From Opitutales bacterium (GTDB lineage: Bacteria; Verrucomicrobiota; Verrucomicrobiia; Opitutales; UBA2987), in the NCBI GenBank assembly GCA_965226885.1, contig CBDDEL010000014.1, forward strand, positions 288,001-352,000: a DNA stretch of 64,000 nucleotides, in the 5' to 3' direction. Position 1 is the stretch's first letter. Each line of letters opens with the position of its first letter. A program made the translations under genes and the position numbers. The notes beneath the pieces are model-generated. The model worked only from the letters and a program-made list of their open reading frames with translations. It did not search any database and was not told the DNA's origin. Of this stretch, positions 33,080 to 45,055 are shown one piece after another.

Positions 33080-33778
33080 TTACCGGCGTTGGTTCCAGGT
33101 TTTGGATTGGTAGTGGTGGCGGGTGGTTTTTTCTTTTTCTTTGGGGAATTGGGGCCAGGGTTTTTCCTCTGTTTCGGAGTTGGTTAGTTGAGTGAGTTCG
33201 TTTGTGTAGATTTTTTTGAATTGGGGGGGTAATAGTTTGGGGGTTTGGGTGATGGAGCCTTGCAGGAGGAGGCCGTGGCGGTTGCGTTTGAGGGCGGCTC
33301 CGGCTATTTTCCTTTTTGTCGCGGGGTCGATGACATCGCATGGTTCGGCTTTTTCAAAGCATACCGTTGGCCGTGAGGATTTGCCTGGTTTTCTCTTCGG
33401 TGCGGAAGCGAGTTCGGCCTGGAGGCCGCATTTCATGAGGGCGTTGGCCAGGGCCTGATGGACTGTATTGTAAACATGGGTGGCGTCCATTTTGGAAAAT
33501 GAGTGGCTGGGTGGAAAGACGATACTGTAGGTCCAGTCATGGCGGTGATCAACAATGCCTCCACCGGTGGGCCGCCGGCAAATTTGGGCACCCGGTGTCG
33601 CTATTTGTGCCTCGACCCAGGCAAACTTCTGGCTGTAGCCAAACGTGAAGGCGGGCGGTCCGGTCCAACCGTAATGGCGAAAACGCACGGCCTCCGGTTC
33701 CGGGTAATCTTCCAGCAGAAGGAGGTCTTCGGCCATGTTATCGAAGGCGTTGCCAAACCTGTCGGGTAATATGTGCAT
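33080..33778 (-). CDS. Lipoate-protein ligase A (BPL/LplA/LipB) family protein
   Basis: NMAED, RRPTGGGIVDH..DWTYS, VCF, KIAGAA, LLQGSI. The longer ORF call overlaps hisC and is probably not real. Confidence 0.85.
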   Translation of the reverse strand: MHILPDRFGNAFDNMAEDLLLLEDYPEPEAVRFRHYGWTGPPAFTFGYSQKFAWVEAQIATPGAQICRRPTGGGIVDHRHDWTYSIVFPPSHSFSKMDATHVYNTVHQALANALMKCGLQAELASAPKRKPGKSSRPTVCFEKAEPCDVIDPATKRKIAGAALKRNRHGLLLQGSITQTPKLLPPQFKKIYTNELTQLTNSETEEKPWPQFPKEKEKTTRHHYQSKTWNQRR

Positions 33779-33862
33779 TTGGTCGTTCAATGCTGATCCA
33801 ATTGTGGAAGATATTGCCATAGCGCCAATTAAGAGCAAGTTTTGAAGCTTTGAAGTATTAAG

Positions 33863-34960
33863 ATGACATCCTACAGCGATTTGGCGCGAAAAGCCGCTCT
33901 CGACATACCGGTCTATAATCCCGGCAAACCCATTGAAATGGTGGCTATGGAATGCGATTTGGACCCCGCAACAATCCTCAAAATGGCCTCCAATGAGAAT
34001 CCCCTGGGGGCTTCCCCAATGGGCCTTGAGGCCGCTCGTAACGCGCTTTCCGGAGTGTCCCTCTACCCAGAAAACAGAGCCTATTTTTTGCGTCAAAAAC
34101 TAGCCGGAATTCGTGGGGTGCATCCCGATCAACTGGTCGTCGGTCATGGTTCGAACGAAATTATTCAATTGCTTTGCGCTGTTTTTGTGGAGCGTGGAGT
34201 TGACGTAGTCATGGGGGAGCACGCTTTTATCTCTTACAAACTTGCCGTTTTATTGCAGGAGGGAAATTGCCTGGAGGTTCCCTTAGTCGATTATTGCCAC
34301 GATTTGAAAGCCATGAGGGACGCGGTGACGCCGCAAACCCGGCTCATTTTTCTACCCTCCCCCAACAACCCCACCGGAACCTGCAATTCGGAAGCGGAAA
34401 TCTTGGAATTCGTTCGCAGCCTACCCGATCATGTGATTTTCTGCCTGGACGAGGCCTATGCCGAATACCTCGATCAACCCCCGGATTTGCGACCGCTCAT
34501 CTCGGAGGGCCGGAAGGTCATTTGCACGCGCACCTTCTCAAAAATCTACGGTCTGGCCGGTTTTCGCATCGGTTATGGCTATGGGCACCCGGAACTGGCG
34601 GACTTACTCAACCGGGTGCGCCCCCCCTTTAATGTAAACTCGGTGGCGCTGGCGGCGGCCCTGGGGGCGCTGCAGGACGAGGCTTTTGTGGCGAAGTCAA
34701 AATCCACCAATTTCGACGGTATGGCTCAATTAAGGGAAGGCTTTGATCAACTCGGGCTGGAATATGTGCCCAGCGTGGGCAACTTTATCCTTGTCCGCTT
34801 TGAGAATTCTGACAAAGTGTATTCTTATTTACATGACAGAGGAATCATTGTCCGCCCCCTTACAGGCTATGCCCTTCCCGAACATCTGAGAATAACCGTG
34901 GGCACAGAAGACCAGAACCGGAGCCTGCTCAATACTTTGGGCGAGTTTTTCGGGAATTAA
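33863..34960 (+). CDS. hisC: Histidinol-phosphate aminotransferase
   Basis: MASNENPLG, PNNPTG, DEAYAEY, RTFSKIYGLAGFRIGY. Confidence 0.96.
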   Translation: MTSYSDLARKAALDIPVYNPGKPIEMVAMECDLDPATILKMASNENPLGASPMGLEAARNALSGVSLYPENRAYFLRQKLAGIRGVHPDQLVVGHGSNEIIQLLCAVFVERGVDVVMGEHAFISYKLAVLLQEGNCLEVPLVDYCHDLKAMRDAVTPQTRLIFLPSPNNPTGTCNSEAEILEFVRSLPDHVIFCLDEAYAEYLDQPPDLRPLISEGRKVICTRTFSKIYGLAGFRIGYGYGHPELADLLNRVRPPFNVNSVALAAALGALQDEAFVAKSKSTNFDGMAQLREGFDQLGLEYVPSVGNFILVRFENSDKVYSYLHDRGIIVRPLTGYALPEHLRITVGTEDQNRSLLNTLGEFFGN

Positions 34961-34990
34961 CTTGATGTTGCTAATGATAACGGCTCTCTC

Positions 34991-36295
34991 GTGAATCCTG
35001 AACAGGTTGAGATACTGCTGCGCCTGTTCGGCGCAATGGGCTTGCTTTTTATGAACGCCTTGCTCGTAGCCGGCGAGTTCAGCATTATTAGATTGAGGCT
35101 GAGTTATTTTAATCCGGATTATCCAGAAAAACTCAAGGCGCGAAAACTCCCCCAGACATTGCTCGAAAATATCGACCAATCTGTTAATGTGGCGCGGTTT
35201 GGAAATCTTGTTTGCGCCCTGGGATATGCCCTCACGGCCTATCCGCTTTTTTATTATTTCCTCAAGGAAAGTGGTTTGCCGGATGCCTGGAGCGCCCGCC
35301 ATTTGGCTTTTTTGTTAACATTCGCAGTCTATTATTTATTTGGCGAACTGCTCCCCCGGGGTTTGGCCGTGGCATCACCGGTGCGCGTTTTGCACACGGC
35401 CACCCTGCCCGTAAGATTGGCCGGCCTGATGGGTCTGCCGATAGTCGGACCCTTCAAAAGGCTTTCCAGGTTTATCCTGAAGCGATTCGGCATGGAACCC
35501 GGTCTGGAATGGGAGGCTCTGGATATTGACGAGCAGCTTGATTCCTTGAAGGAGACTCCGAATAGCTCCCAGGTTTTGCTCAAAGTGATTAAGAACGCTT
35601 TGCAAATGCGAGAAGTGAAAGTGCAGGATATCCTTCTGCCGCGCAACCAGGTGCGGTATTTCGACGTCAATGTGGAAAACACCGTCAATCTCAAACTGGC
35701 CGAAGAGACCGGGCACACCCGCTTTCCTCTATGCGACGGCGATCTGGACAATTGCCTGGGCCTCATCCATATCAAGGATATTTTTCGATCCAGAGAAGAC
35801 TCCAAGGTTCTCGATTTTCGGCGTATCAAGCGCGAAATGATATGGGTAAGCGAAAACGACCCACTGGAAAAAGTCCTCCGCAAGCTTCTTTTGCGCAAAA
35901 CCCACATGGCCCTGGTGACGGATGAGTTCGGCGGCGCCAACGGTGTCGTTACCCTGGAATTGATCCTCGAACAATTGGTGGGTGAAATCCAGGACGAATT
36001 CGATGCCGAAGAAGAACTCATCCAATTGACGGGAGCCGATGAATATGCGATTTACGGACTGGCTTCGATCCGGGATATGGAGGAGGCCCTGGGGATTTCA
36101 TTAGAGAATAAAAATGAAGTGGCCTCATTTGGCGGGTTGATCACGGCTGAATTGGGCCGAATTCCCGACAACGGAGAAACCCTCGAATTGGAGCAACTGG
36201 AGGTGACCATTACCGAGGTGGACGAAACTCGAGTCATCGCCACCCGCGTCAAAGTCAGGCAGCCCTACAGGGACGGGCCAAATGAAGTGGGCTGA
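34991..36295 (+). CDS. Hemolysin-family CNNM/CBS/CorC_HlyC protein
   Basis: TM region with GEL.P, HTRFP, DEFGG..GVVTLE.ILEQLVGEIQDEFD. Confidence 0.92.
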   Translation: MNPEQVEILLRLFGAMGLLFMNALLVAGEFSIIRLRLSYFNPDYPEKLKARKLPQTLLENIDQSVNVARFGNLVCALGYALTAYPLFYYFLKESGLPDAWSARHLAFLLTFAVYYLFGELLPRGLAVASPVRVLHTATLPVRLAGLMGLPIVGPFKRLSRFILKRFGMEPGLEWEALDIDEQLDSLKETPNSSQVLLKVIKNALQMREVKVQDILLPRNQVRYFDVNVENTVNLKLAEETGHTRFPLCDGDLDNCLGLIHIKDIFRSREDSKVLDFRRIKREMIWVSENDPLEKVLRKLLLRKTHMALVTDEFGGANGVVTLELILEQLVGEIQDEFDAEEELIQLTGADEYAIYGLASIRDMEEALGISLENKNEVASFGGLITAELGRIPDNGETLELEQLEVTITEVDETRVIATRVKVRQPYRDGPNEVG

Positions 36296-36360
36296 AATTT
36301 GTATTGCTTTTCGATAATCAGGGCAACATTCCGATCACCCCGGCCCCTGTCTGTCCCTGT

Positions 36361-36392
36361 AAAAAAGAAGAACCGGCAAAAACCGGCTCTTC
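36361..36392 (-). terminator. Probable intrinsic terminator
   Basis: Minus strand reads GAAGAGCCGG-loop-CCGGTTCTTC followed by a T6 tract; lies between convergent genes. Confidence 0.6.
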
Positions 36393-36496
36393 CAACCAAA
36401 CTCGAATGCTTTTTATGCTAAATATTTTAAGTTACTTGAGCTAGGAGCTTTGGATAAATATAAAATCGGTAAGTCCGCCTGAAAACTTAAGCAAAT

Positions 36497-36727
36497 TTAG
36501 ATAAAAAAGTGAGAAGTTGTAGCGTTCCTGGCAAAATGGACCCTGGTGCGGTACCACTTGTCCTGGTGGTACCGAATCCACTCCAGCAATGCTCGATCAT
36601 AACCGATATCGTAGCCGACCTTTTCCGATTTCTTTTTTTTGTAGCGCCGGATTTCTTCTTTTTCCTCCAGGCACAATTGCAAGAATGTGGATTTTTCGAA
36701 CCCATTAACTTTCGGTGCTGATTTCAT
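36497..36727 (-). CDS. Small conserved hypothetical protein (DUF4032-like)
   Basis: EKEEI..SEKVGYDIGYDRALLEWI pattern recalled from DUF4032-type small proteins. Confidence 0.6.
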   Translation of the reverse strand: MKSAPKVNGFEKSTFLQLCLEEKEEIRRYKKKKSEKVGYDIGYDRALLEWIRYHQDKWYRTRVHFARNATTSHFFI

Positions 36728-36857
36728 AATACTGAATATAAAATATAGTCGGCATAATAATTCCTTATATTAAGAAATATTTTTTCTCATACTTCCCTAT
36801 CAAATTCCAAATGATTTTGGATTGCCTCGGTTGACGCCTCCTGCGATGTTTCGGCCC

Positions 36858-38264
36858 ATGGCAAAAAAACCACAGGCAACCTGGGGGGGCCGTTTCTCCG
36901 GGAATCCATCGGAATTGATGATCCGTTTCAGCGAATCGGTCTCCTTTGATCGGAGGCTGGCACCATTCGACGTGCTAGGGAGTAAGGCTCACGCCGCCAT
37001 GCTTTGCCATGTAGGTTTGCTCACGGTCGAGGAGCGAGATGCCATACAAGGCGGCCTGGATGCCATTTTGCGGGAAATCGAAAGGGGCGAGTTCCAATGG
37101 GATGAGACCCTCGAAGATGTGCACATGAATATCGAGCAGGCGCTCAGCGGCAAAGTTCCGGCCGCTTCCAAACTGCACACCGGGCGCAGCCGCAACGATC
37201 AGGTGGCAACGGATATGCGTCTTTTTTTCAAATCGGCCTGTGCCGAACTCGAAAACGCCATTAAAAGCCTTCTCGCTGCTCTGGTTGAAAAAGCGGGCCA
37301 GCATTGCGATATAATCGTCCCCGGCTACACCCATTTGCGCAGGGCCCAACCGGTGTCCTTAGCCTATCATTGGCTCGCTTACGTGGAAATGTTTAACCGC
37401 GATGGCGAACGATTTCGCTCGGTTGCGGAACACGCCAATACCTGTCCCTTGGGCTCCGGCGCCCTGGCCGGCAGCACCTTGCCTCTGGACCGCGAATTTA
37501 CGGCGCACGAGCTTGGATTTGTAGATAAAAAAGGCCGTCCTCAGTTGACCCGCAACAGTCTCGATGCCGTGGCCGATCGCGACCTTTTTCTGGAATTTGC
37601 GACCGCCTGCGCTATCTGCGGGACCCATTTTTCCCGCATGGCCGAGGATCTAATCATTTGGAGTTCGGAAGAATTCGGTTATCTCGAATTGCCGGAAGCC
37701 TTCACCACCGGTTCGAGCCTCATGCCGCAGAAAAAAAACCCCGATTCCCTCGAATTGATCCGGGGCAAAGCGGCGCGCCTGCAAGGAAACGCGCAAACCC
37801 TCTTCACGCTCCTCAAAGGTTTGCCCATGACCTACAACCGCGACCTGCAGGAAGACAAACAGCCCGTCTTCGATTCCCTCGACCATACTATGATTTCAAT
37901 CCAGGTTCTCAGCGCGGTTGTCGCCGGGCTGACAATCCGTGCAGACGTTTGCAAAGCGGCCGCCGCTGACCCGCAATTGCTGGCTACCGACCTCGTCGAT
38001 TACCTCGTGCAGCGACAGGTGCCTTTTCGGGAAGCCCACCACGCGGTCGGCAAGCTGGTTGCTCTGGCCGAGCAGGTGGGTTTGCCCATGAAGGAGCTTA
38101 CCTATGCTCAGGCTCGTCAAGCGCACCCCAAAATCGGGCCGGACTGGTACAAAGTATTCCACCTCGAAACGGCGCTTAAAAACCGCGAGAAACCCGGTAT
38201 GCCCGGCCCCCAGCAAATCCGCCAGGAAATCTCCCGCTGGCTCCAGCACCTGGCCGAGGGATAA
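36858..38264 (+). CDS. argH: Argininosuccinate lyase
   Basis: [43 protein letters not shown]. Confidence 0.98.
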   Translation: MAKKPQATWGGRFSGNPSELMIRFSESVSFDRRLAPFDVLGSKAHAAMLCHVGLLTVEERDAIQGGLDAILREIERGEFQWDETLEDVHMNIEQALSGKVPAASKLHTGRSRNDQVATDMRLFFKSACAELENAIKSLLAALVEKAGQHCDIIVPGYTHLRRAQPVSLAYHWLAYVEMFNRDGERFRSVAEHANTCPLGSGALAGSTLPLDREFTAHELGFVDKKGRPQLTRNSLDAVADRDLFLEFATACAICGTHFSRMAEDLIIWSSEEFGYLELPEAFTTGSSLMPQKKNPDSLELIRGKAARLQGNAQTLFTLLKGLPMTYNRDLQEDKQPVFDSLDHTMISIQVLSAVVAGLTIRADVCKAAAADPQLLATDLVDYLVQRQVPFREAHHAVGKLVALAEQVGLPMKELTYAQARQAHPKIGPDWYKVFHLETALKNREKPGMPGPQQIRQEISRWLQHLAEG

Positions 38265-38432
38265 AAACTTCGACAGGTGAGGCCAGAACTCGGCTGAGCG
38301 AGATCAACCAATTGGTTCAAATGGTTGAGTTATTAATACTTCAGAAAAATATACCAGAATGGACAATTCGGTGGTATCCCAAGTGAATACTCTGATTTTT
38401 TCAGATAAAATTAGGATTTGAGTCGTTCAGAT

Positions 38433-38954
38433 TTAATAGCGTAAGCGTAAGCCACCGTTGATCAGCCGTGGGTGGCCGATGGAAATGAGACCATTAGATG
38501 CCATTCCGGTTTCAAAGTTTTCATTGAGCAGATTTTCAATACCAAGAAATACCTCGATATTGTCATTGAGCCTAATTGTGCTGGCCCAATCCACGACCAC
38601 ATAGTCACCAAGTTCTAACGAATTTGTGTCGTTTTCGTACTGCGAGCTGGTATAGCGCACCTGCCAAACCTGTAACCAGTTTTTAACTGGTTCCCAATTA
38701 AGCGAAATAGCGAATTCGTGGGCAGGTGTCTGAGCTAGGCGATTCCCTTTCAGTTCCGGCTGGTCCTGGCTTTCACTAATGCGAGCATCGCTGTATAAAT
38801 AACTCAGGGCAATATGAAAACGGTCGCCAAAATCAAGGCCGGTCTCGAACTCAAAACCGTCCACTTCAGCCCGATCAAGATTTCGGCGCTGCCTGCAAGA
38901 ACCTCCGCTAGGCACGAACCCGCATGGCGCAATATTGCCGGGACCTTGGGCTAA
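38433..38954 (-). pseudogene. TonB-dependent receptor, C-terminal fragment truncated by IS1380
   Basis: Amphipathic beta strands, ENLLNE..PR...GGLRLRY terminus; frame open up to the IS end. Confidence 0.8.
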
Positions 38955-41900
38955 CCCGGATATTTCGTAAAAAAAGTATCGTTGATATGCTTAACTGCTG
39001 ATATACAGCAGGATAGATCAATAATTAAAGCAATATCAGCGATGACAAAAGGTAAACAATTAAAGCTACAGTTGACAAGGGTAAAAGGCCGCCGTGTGCG
39101 GGTTGATTTCAAGGGCGGAGAGGTTACTTCGGATGCCGGACTGCTTTTGATCCGGGAAGTGGATCGGCAGTTGGGCTTGACCGAACGAGCGGCCCGACAG
39201 TTAGTGGACAAACGGCAGAAGGGCAAAGTACGCCATGAGGTATTGGGGATGCTGCGGCAGCGCGTTTACGGGCTGGTGGCGGGCTATGAGGATTTGAACG
39301 ACTTTGATACCCTGCGCCACGATCCATTGTTGCAAACGGTAACGGGGCGCATTGAAACGTTGGCCAGCGCGCCGACTGTGTGTCGTTTTGAAAACGGGCA
39401 GGATCGGCGGGCGGCCTTTGCGGTAAACGAGCTGTTGGTCGAACAGTTCATGGGCTCCTTTGCCGAGGAACCCGAAGAGATCATCCTGGACTTTGACGGC
39501 ACCGACAATCCGGTGCACGGGCTCCAGGAGGGACGTTTTTTCCACGGTTATTATGATCATTACTGTTTTCTGCCGCTATATGTTTTTTGCGGTGATCAGC
39601 TGCTGGTGGCCTACCTGCGGCCGAGCAAGATCGATGCCAGCAAGCATGCCGGGGCCATCCTCAAATTGCTGGTTAAACGGATTCGCCAAAGCTGGCCCCG
39701 TACGCGGATTATTTGGCGCGCCGACAGTGGATTTTGTCGAGACCGGATACTCTCTTGGTGCGACCGCAACGAAGTTAGTTACATCGTGGGGATGGCTCGC
39801 AATGCACGCTTGCAGCAAGACGCCCAGCAGTTGCAAAAGCAGGCCAAAGAATGGTTCGAACTAAGGGGTAAAAAACAACGGTTATTCCAGGACTTCGTCT
39901 ATGCTGCCGATTCGTGGCGATGGCTGCGGTTGGTCATCCATAAAGCCGAACACACCGCACAGGGGTCCAACCCGCGCTTCGTGGTGACGAACCTGCCGGG
40001 CGATCCCCAGGAGCTTTACGACAAGGTATACTGTGGCCGCGGTGAAATGGAGAACCGAATCAAGGAACAGATGCAATTGTTCAGCGAGCGCACCAGCGCC
40101 CATCAATGGTGGGCCAATCAGTGCCGATTGCTCTTGTCGGCGCTGGCCTACACCTTGATGGAAGCCATGCGCCGGTTAGCCTTAAAAGGGACGAAGTGGG
40201 CGCGGGCCCAATGCCACACCCTGCGGCTCAAATTAATCAAGATCGGAGCGGTCATCGTGCGCAACACCCGAACGATTCACTTTCACCTAAGTGGAGGCTG
40301 TCCCAAAAGGGTGATTTTTGCGAGGGCTTTTGATAGGCGCTCATTTTAGAGTTATTTGCATTTGGGAGAGTATCAACTTTGCTCTCCTATGACGTTAGGA
40401 TACTGGTTTTGGGGTCCGGTTGCCTGGTTTTCTTTGTATGAGCCGACAGTACGGCTGTGAAAAAGTATTGTCCTTGCTTTTCCGCTCTCTAGGCCGCCGC
40501 TTTGGTTTTTAGTTCGTCTTGCTGGGCCAGCATCTTGGCTACTTTCCATAGGTTGTGCGAGAGTACCGACCAGGCTACGCTGATCGAGCGGTTGGCAAAG
40601 CCTTTGCTGCGCAACCGCCCGGCCTGCCAGCGATTCTTCAATACCCCGATCCGCCCTTCGGTGCTGGCCCGGCGCTTTTGCAATTGTCTGAACAGTGGTT
40701 CCTCCATCCGTTTTTTCAACTGCTTCGGATCGCGTGGACAGAGCGCGTCGTAGATTCCCTCCTGGGCTAACTGCCGGCGGGCCCGCTGGGAGGCAAATCC
40801 CCGGTCCGCGCACATGGCCGCTATGGGTTCTTCCAGGTTGAAGCGGTTCTGTCTTTGCAAACTCTCTTGCATTTGTTCATTTTCGCTTGGAGTTCGGCTG
40901 CCGTAGAGTTTCCAGTCCAGCAGGTACCCTTCAACGCTTTCTCCCAAAAACAGGGTGTTGCCGAACTCGACCTCTTGGCCCGCTTTACCTCGCACAATCA
41001 CCTGCCCATCGAGTTCGTAAACACTCAAGACTTTCTCTGCGTTTTTCACCTGCCGGCCGCCAATGATCCGCTCGTGCGCCTGTTTGATGACCACCGGGAT
41101 TTGCTCGCTCATGCGCTCCATCCGGGCGAGGATCTGTTGGACCTGTTTTTCGCTGTAATCGCTTTGCTCCCAGCAGGCTTGCAATAATTCCCGGTGACTG
41201 CGGGCATGCTCCCCGATCCGTTTGAGCAGCTTTTTCATCTGCCTCAAGATACCCTTGCGCTGCCGCGCGCTGTCCTTTCGCCGCCGGCTGTGGGTCATCT
41301 GTATGCACAGCCGATTCATCTGCCGAGCCAAGGGCTCCGGTTCGATCGGCATGCGATGGCGCAAACCGGCCTTCTCGCGGATCAGCCGGATCGCTTTGAG
41401 CAACGTGCCGGCTACATCCTTGAGTAATACCCAGTCCGTCGGCCAATGAATGTTAGCCTCCAAACAGGTGCCGTCGATCAGGCAAATGGTGGGGTCAATC
41501 GGCTTGTCCAATCCCACCTGCCGGGCCAGAAGGGCATCGCCCACCACCTCAGTCAAGGTCCGGTGCAAGGCCCTCAACTGCTCTTCGCTGAAAAACTTCG
41601 AGGCCCGCTCCAGGGTGCTTTTGGAGATGCCCCTGATGCCATCGATCTGCCGGACACGGCAAAAGTCGGCCAACAGATCGCTGCTGCCCAGAGCCCGCGA
41701 CAAATGCCGAAACGAAATCCCTCCGAGCAGACGGCCCAGCGTATCCATGCGCAGTGCCTTGATGGCAAAACTGGCCCGCTGCCGCCGGGCCTTTAGACCC
41801 ATTGGCGGCCACCCCTCCAAGGCCAGCTCAATGGCCTGCGATTCCACCTCCGAGTCGATCAGCAGCCGATCGATTCGATCAATGGTGGCGCGGAAGTTAT

Positions 41901-42350
41901 CGTAATCGAGGCACCGGTCGACCACAGTTAAAGCTGGACGCAGGAGGCATTGGATGGCTATATTTTTCATAGAAAGGGCTATATTGATTTTCGCTAACTC
42001 AATTATAGAACCCTTTTTTGGCCGGATCGAGCAAAAACTTGCTCTTTCCGGCTCTTTTTATCAACGTCATCCAGTTGACTATAAAATCTTTATATTTTTG
42101 GGACAGCCTCTAAGTGAGAGTTATCCTTGGGCCAGTCTTTTCAACCATGCGGCCCGCCGATTGGTGCCAACCTAAAGGGTGCATTGGTGCTGCCCCCGGC
42201 ACTACCGAACCAATGGGGGAAAGGGGGCAGTGTCTCTACACCCTGAAAAACACCTAAAAATCAAGACGATCTGCTCAAAATACAAAGAAATCCATCTCCA
42301 ATAGCAATAACGAGCACGAGCCAAACTTTACCCTTCATGAAATATCCGGG
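38955..42350 (+). mobile_element. IS1380 copy 2, interrupted near its 3' end by IS-A copy 3
   Basis: Both IRs present; transposase starts at 38982 and its tail SESYPWASLF..VPT resumes after 42110. Flanks CTAA and TTAG. Confidence 0.95.
40294..42110 (-). mobile_element. IS-A copy 3, complete (1817 bp); transposase 40489-41970
   Basis: IRs plus 6-bp TSD TAAGTG at 40288-40293 and 42111-42116. Confidence 0.95.
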
Positions 42351-42354
42351 TTAG

Positions 42355-43455
42355 CCCGGATATTTCGTAAAAAAAGTATCGTTGATATGCTTAACTGCTG
42401 ATATACAGCAGGATAGATCAATAATTAAAGCAATATCAGCGATGACAAAAGGTAAACAATTAAAGCTACAGTTGACAAGGGTAAAAGGCCGCCGTGTGCG
42501 GGTTGATTTCAAGGGCGGAGAGGTTACTTCGGATGCCGGACTGCTTTTGATCCGGGAAGTGGATCGGCAGTTGGGCTTGACCGAACGAGCGGCCCGACAG
42601 TTAGTGGACAAACGGCAGAAGGGCAAAGTACGCCATGAGGTATTGGGGATGCTGCGGCAGCGCGTTTACGGGCTGGTGGCGGGCTATGAGGATTTGAACG
42701 ACTTTGATACCCTGCGCCACGATCCATTGTTGCAAACGGTAACGGGGCGCATTGAAACGTTGGCCAGCGCGCCGACTTTGTGTCGTTTTGAAAACGGGCA
42801 GGATCGGCGGGCGGCCTTTGCGGTAAACGAGCTGTTGGTCGAACAGTTCATGGGCTCCTTTGCCGAGGAACCCGAAGAGATCATCCTGGACTTTGACGCC
42901 ACCGACAATCCGGTGCACGGGCTCCAGGAGGGACGTTTTTTCCACGGTTATTATGATCATTACTGTTTTCTGCCGCTATATGTTTTTTGCGGTGATCAGC
43001 TGCTGGTGGCCTACCTGCGGCCGAGCAAGATCGATGCCAGCAAGCATGCCGGGGCCATCCTCAAATTGCTGGTTAAACGGATGCGCCAAAGCTGGCCCCG
43101 TACGCGGATTATTTGGCGCGCCGACAGTGGATTTTGTCGAGACCGGATACTCTCTTGGTGCGACCGCAACGAAGTTAGTTACATCGTGGGGATGGCTCGC
43201 AATGCACGCTTACAGCAAGACGCCCAGCAGTTGCAAAAGCAGGCCAAAGAATGGTTCGAACTAAGGGGTAAAAAACAACGGTTATTCCAGGACTTCGTCT
43301 ATGCTGCCGATTCGTGGCGATGGCTGCGGTTGGTCATCCATAAAGCCGAACACACCGCACAGGGGTCCAACCCGCGCTTCGTGGTGACGAACCTGCCGGG
43401 CGATCCCCAGGAGCTTTACGACAAGGTATACTGTGGCCGCGGTGAAATGGAGAAC
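42355..43455 (+). mobile_element. IS1380 copy 3, 3'-truncated by IS3
   Basis: Left IR lies 4 bp after copy 2; transposase 42382-43458 stops at GEMEN. Confidence 0.93.
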
Positions 43456-44780
43456 TGATGTGCACTGGAAAAAGTGGACACGAGATTCTCCTAAATGGAG
43501 AATCGAAGCATGGGAAGAAGACGCAGTATAGAGTTCAAAAATGAGGCAGTTCAACTGATGATACTCGATGGTCTGAGCGCCACCGAGGTATCGACCAAAC
43601 TTGGGGTCAACACCAACCAATTGTATAGGTGGAAGAGGCTCTATCTGGACGATCAGCAGGGCGAAGCCACCTCAAAGCGACAGAGCAGTCCGAAGGAGAT
43701 GGCGGCCGAGATAGATCGTCTTCGCAAAGAGCTGCGCCGCTCGGAGCGGATCAACCAGATACTAAAAAAAACGGTGGGCTACTTTGCCAAGGACGAACAA
43801 TGAAGTACCAGTTTGTCAAAGACAACGAGGGGCGCTTCAAGATCGAGGAAATATGCTCGGCGATGGGGATTTGTCGCAGTGGCTATTACTGCTGGAGGCA
43901 CCGAGCGCCCTCGGCCCGGCGGATCGAGGACGAGGGAATCAAGGGGGCGATCCTGAAGGTACACAAAGAGGCCAAGGGCCGCTATGGGCATCGGCCAATG
44001 CACCGCCATCTGAAGGATGATGAGGGCATCGATTGCGGCCGTGACCGGGCTCTGCGTCTGATGCGTGAAATGGGAATCAAAAGCACCCAGAGTAAACGCT
44101 TTAAGCCATTAAAAACCAACAGTAACCATCCCTATGGTTACAGCCCCAATGTGCTTAAAAAGCATGGCCAGCCGACCCATATCGACGAGGTCTGGGTGGC
44201 GGACACGACCTACCTACGGACCCTGGCCGGTTGGATGTACTTGGCCACGGTGATGGACCTGTTCAGCCGACGCCTGCTGGGCTGGAGCGTTTCCAACCAC
44301 AACGACGCGAAGCTGGTTGGCAAGGCCCTCAAAGCCGCGGCCATGACCCGCGGCACACTGCGCACCGGGATTATTCATCACAGCGATCGGGGCAGCCCCT
44401 ACGCCAGCGACGACTATCAGAGGCTGGTCTCTGAACTAGGCATGAAGCCGAGCATGAGCGCCCAAGGCAACTGCTACGACAACGCGGCCATGGAATCGTT
44501 CTACGGCCGCTTCAAGACCAGCACGATTCGAGGCCGCCACTTTGCCGACGAGCGCGAACTGCGATCAACTGTCTTCGAATACGTGGAAATCTTCTACAAC
44601 CGATATCGCAAACATTCCTCTCTGAGTTACCAAAGCCCAGTCCAATTCGAGGAAAATATTTGCCCCCCATGGGGGGCAACGAGAAAACAAAACCCTTTAC
44701 CAAAACAAGCCGCCTGACACACTAATCAATAAACAATGAATATAAGAGAATCCCGTGTCCAACAAATCCAGTACACGTCA
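43456..44780 (+). mobile_element. IS3 family element, apparently complete (orfA 43495-43803, orfB to 44717)
   Basis: IRL TGATGTGCACTGGAAAAAGTGGACACGAGATTCTC matches the IRR. A8 -1 frameshift window at 43764-43771. WVADTTY, HHSDRGS and DNAAMESF DDE motifs. No TSD. Confidence 0.93.
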
Positions 44781-45055
44781 ATAGAACGCATCCTAGGAAC
44801 AGTTGCAACCCTTGTGTGAGCTCTTTAGGGTAGATGATGGGCATAAGATAACGCTCGATGAAGCCGCTTGAATACCCAGATGACCCGCTCGCCTGTCGTA
44901 GCGAGTTCTCGAGGGGAGTAAGGGGACAGAACCACCCAAAGAATTCCAAAGCCGCGCCCCAAGCCACTGCGGGACCAAGCCACTGCGGGAATATGGAGCC
45001 AAGGTACCCAACGCCAGCAAAGGGCGAGCAAACCACCGAAGAGCGCGAAGATGAT
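44781..45055 (-). pseudogene. DUF2784-like membrane protein fragment with a frameshifting 16-bp duplication
   Basis: WLHIPAVAWG..CPLTPLENSLR..GY..GFIE.Y..PIIYP; CCAAGCCACTGCGGGA x2 at 44959-44990; both ends cut by IS3 elements. Confidence 0.75.

Noticed and set aside
33779..34096. N-terminal extension of the lipoate-ligase ORF
   Set aside because: It overlaps hisC on the opposite strand and shows no ligase motifs.
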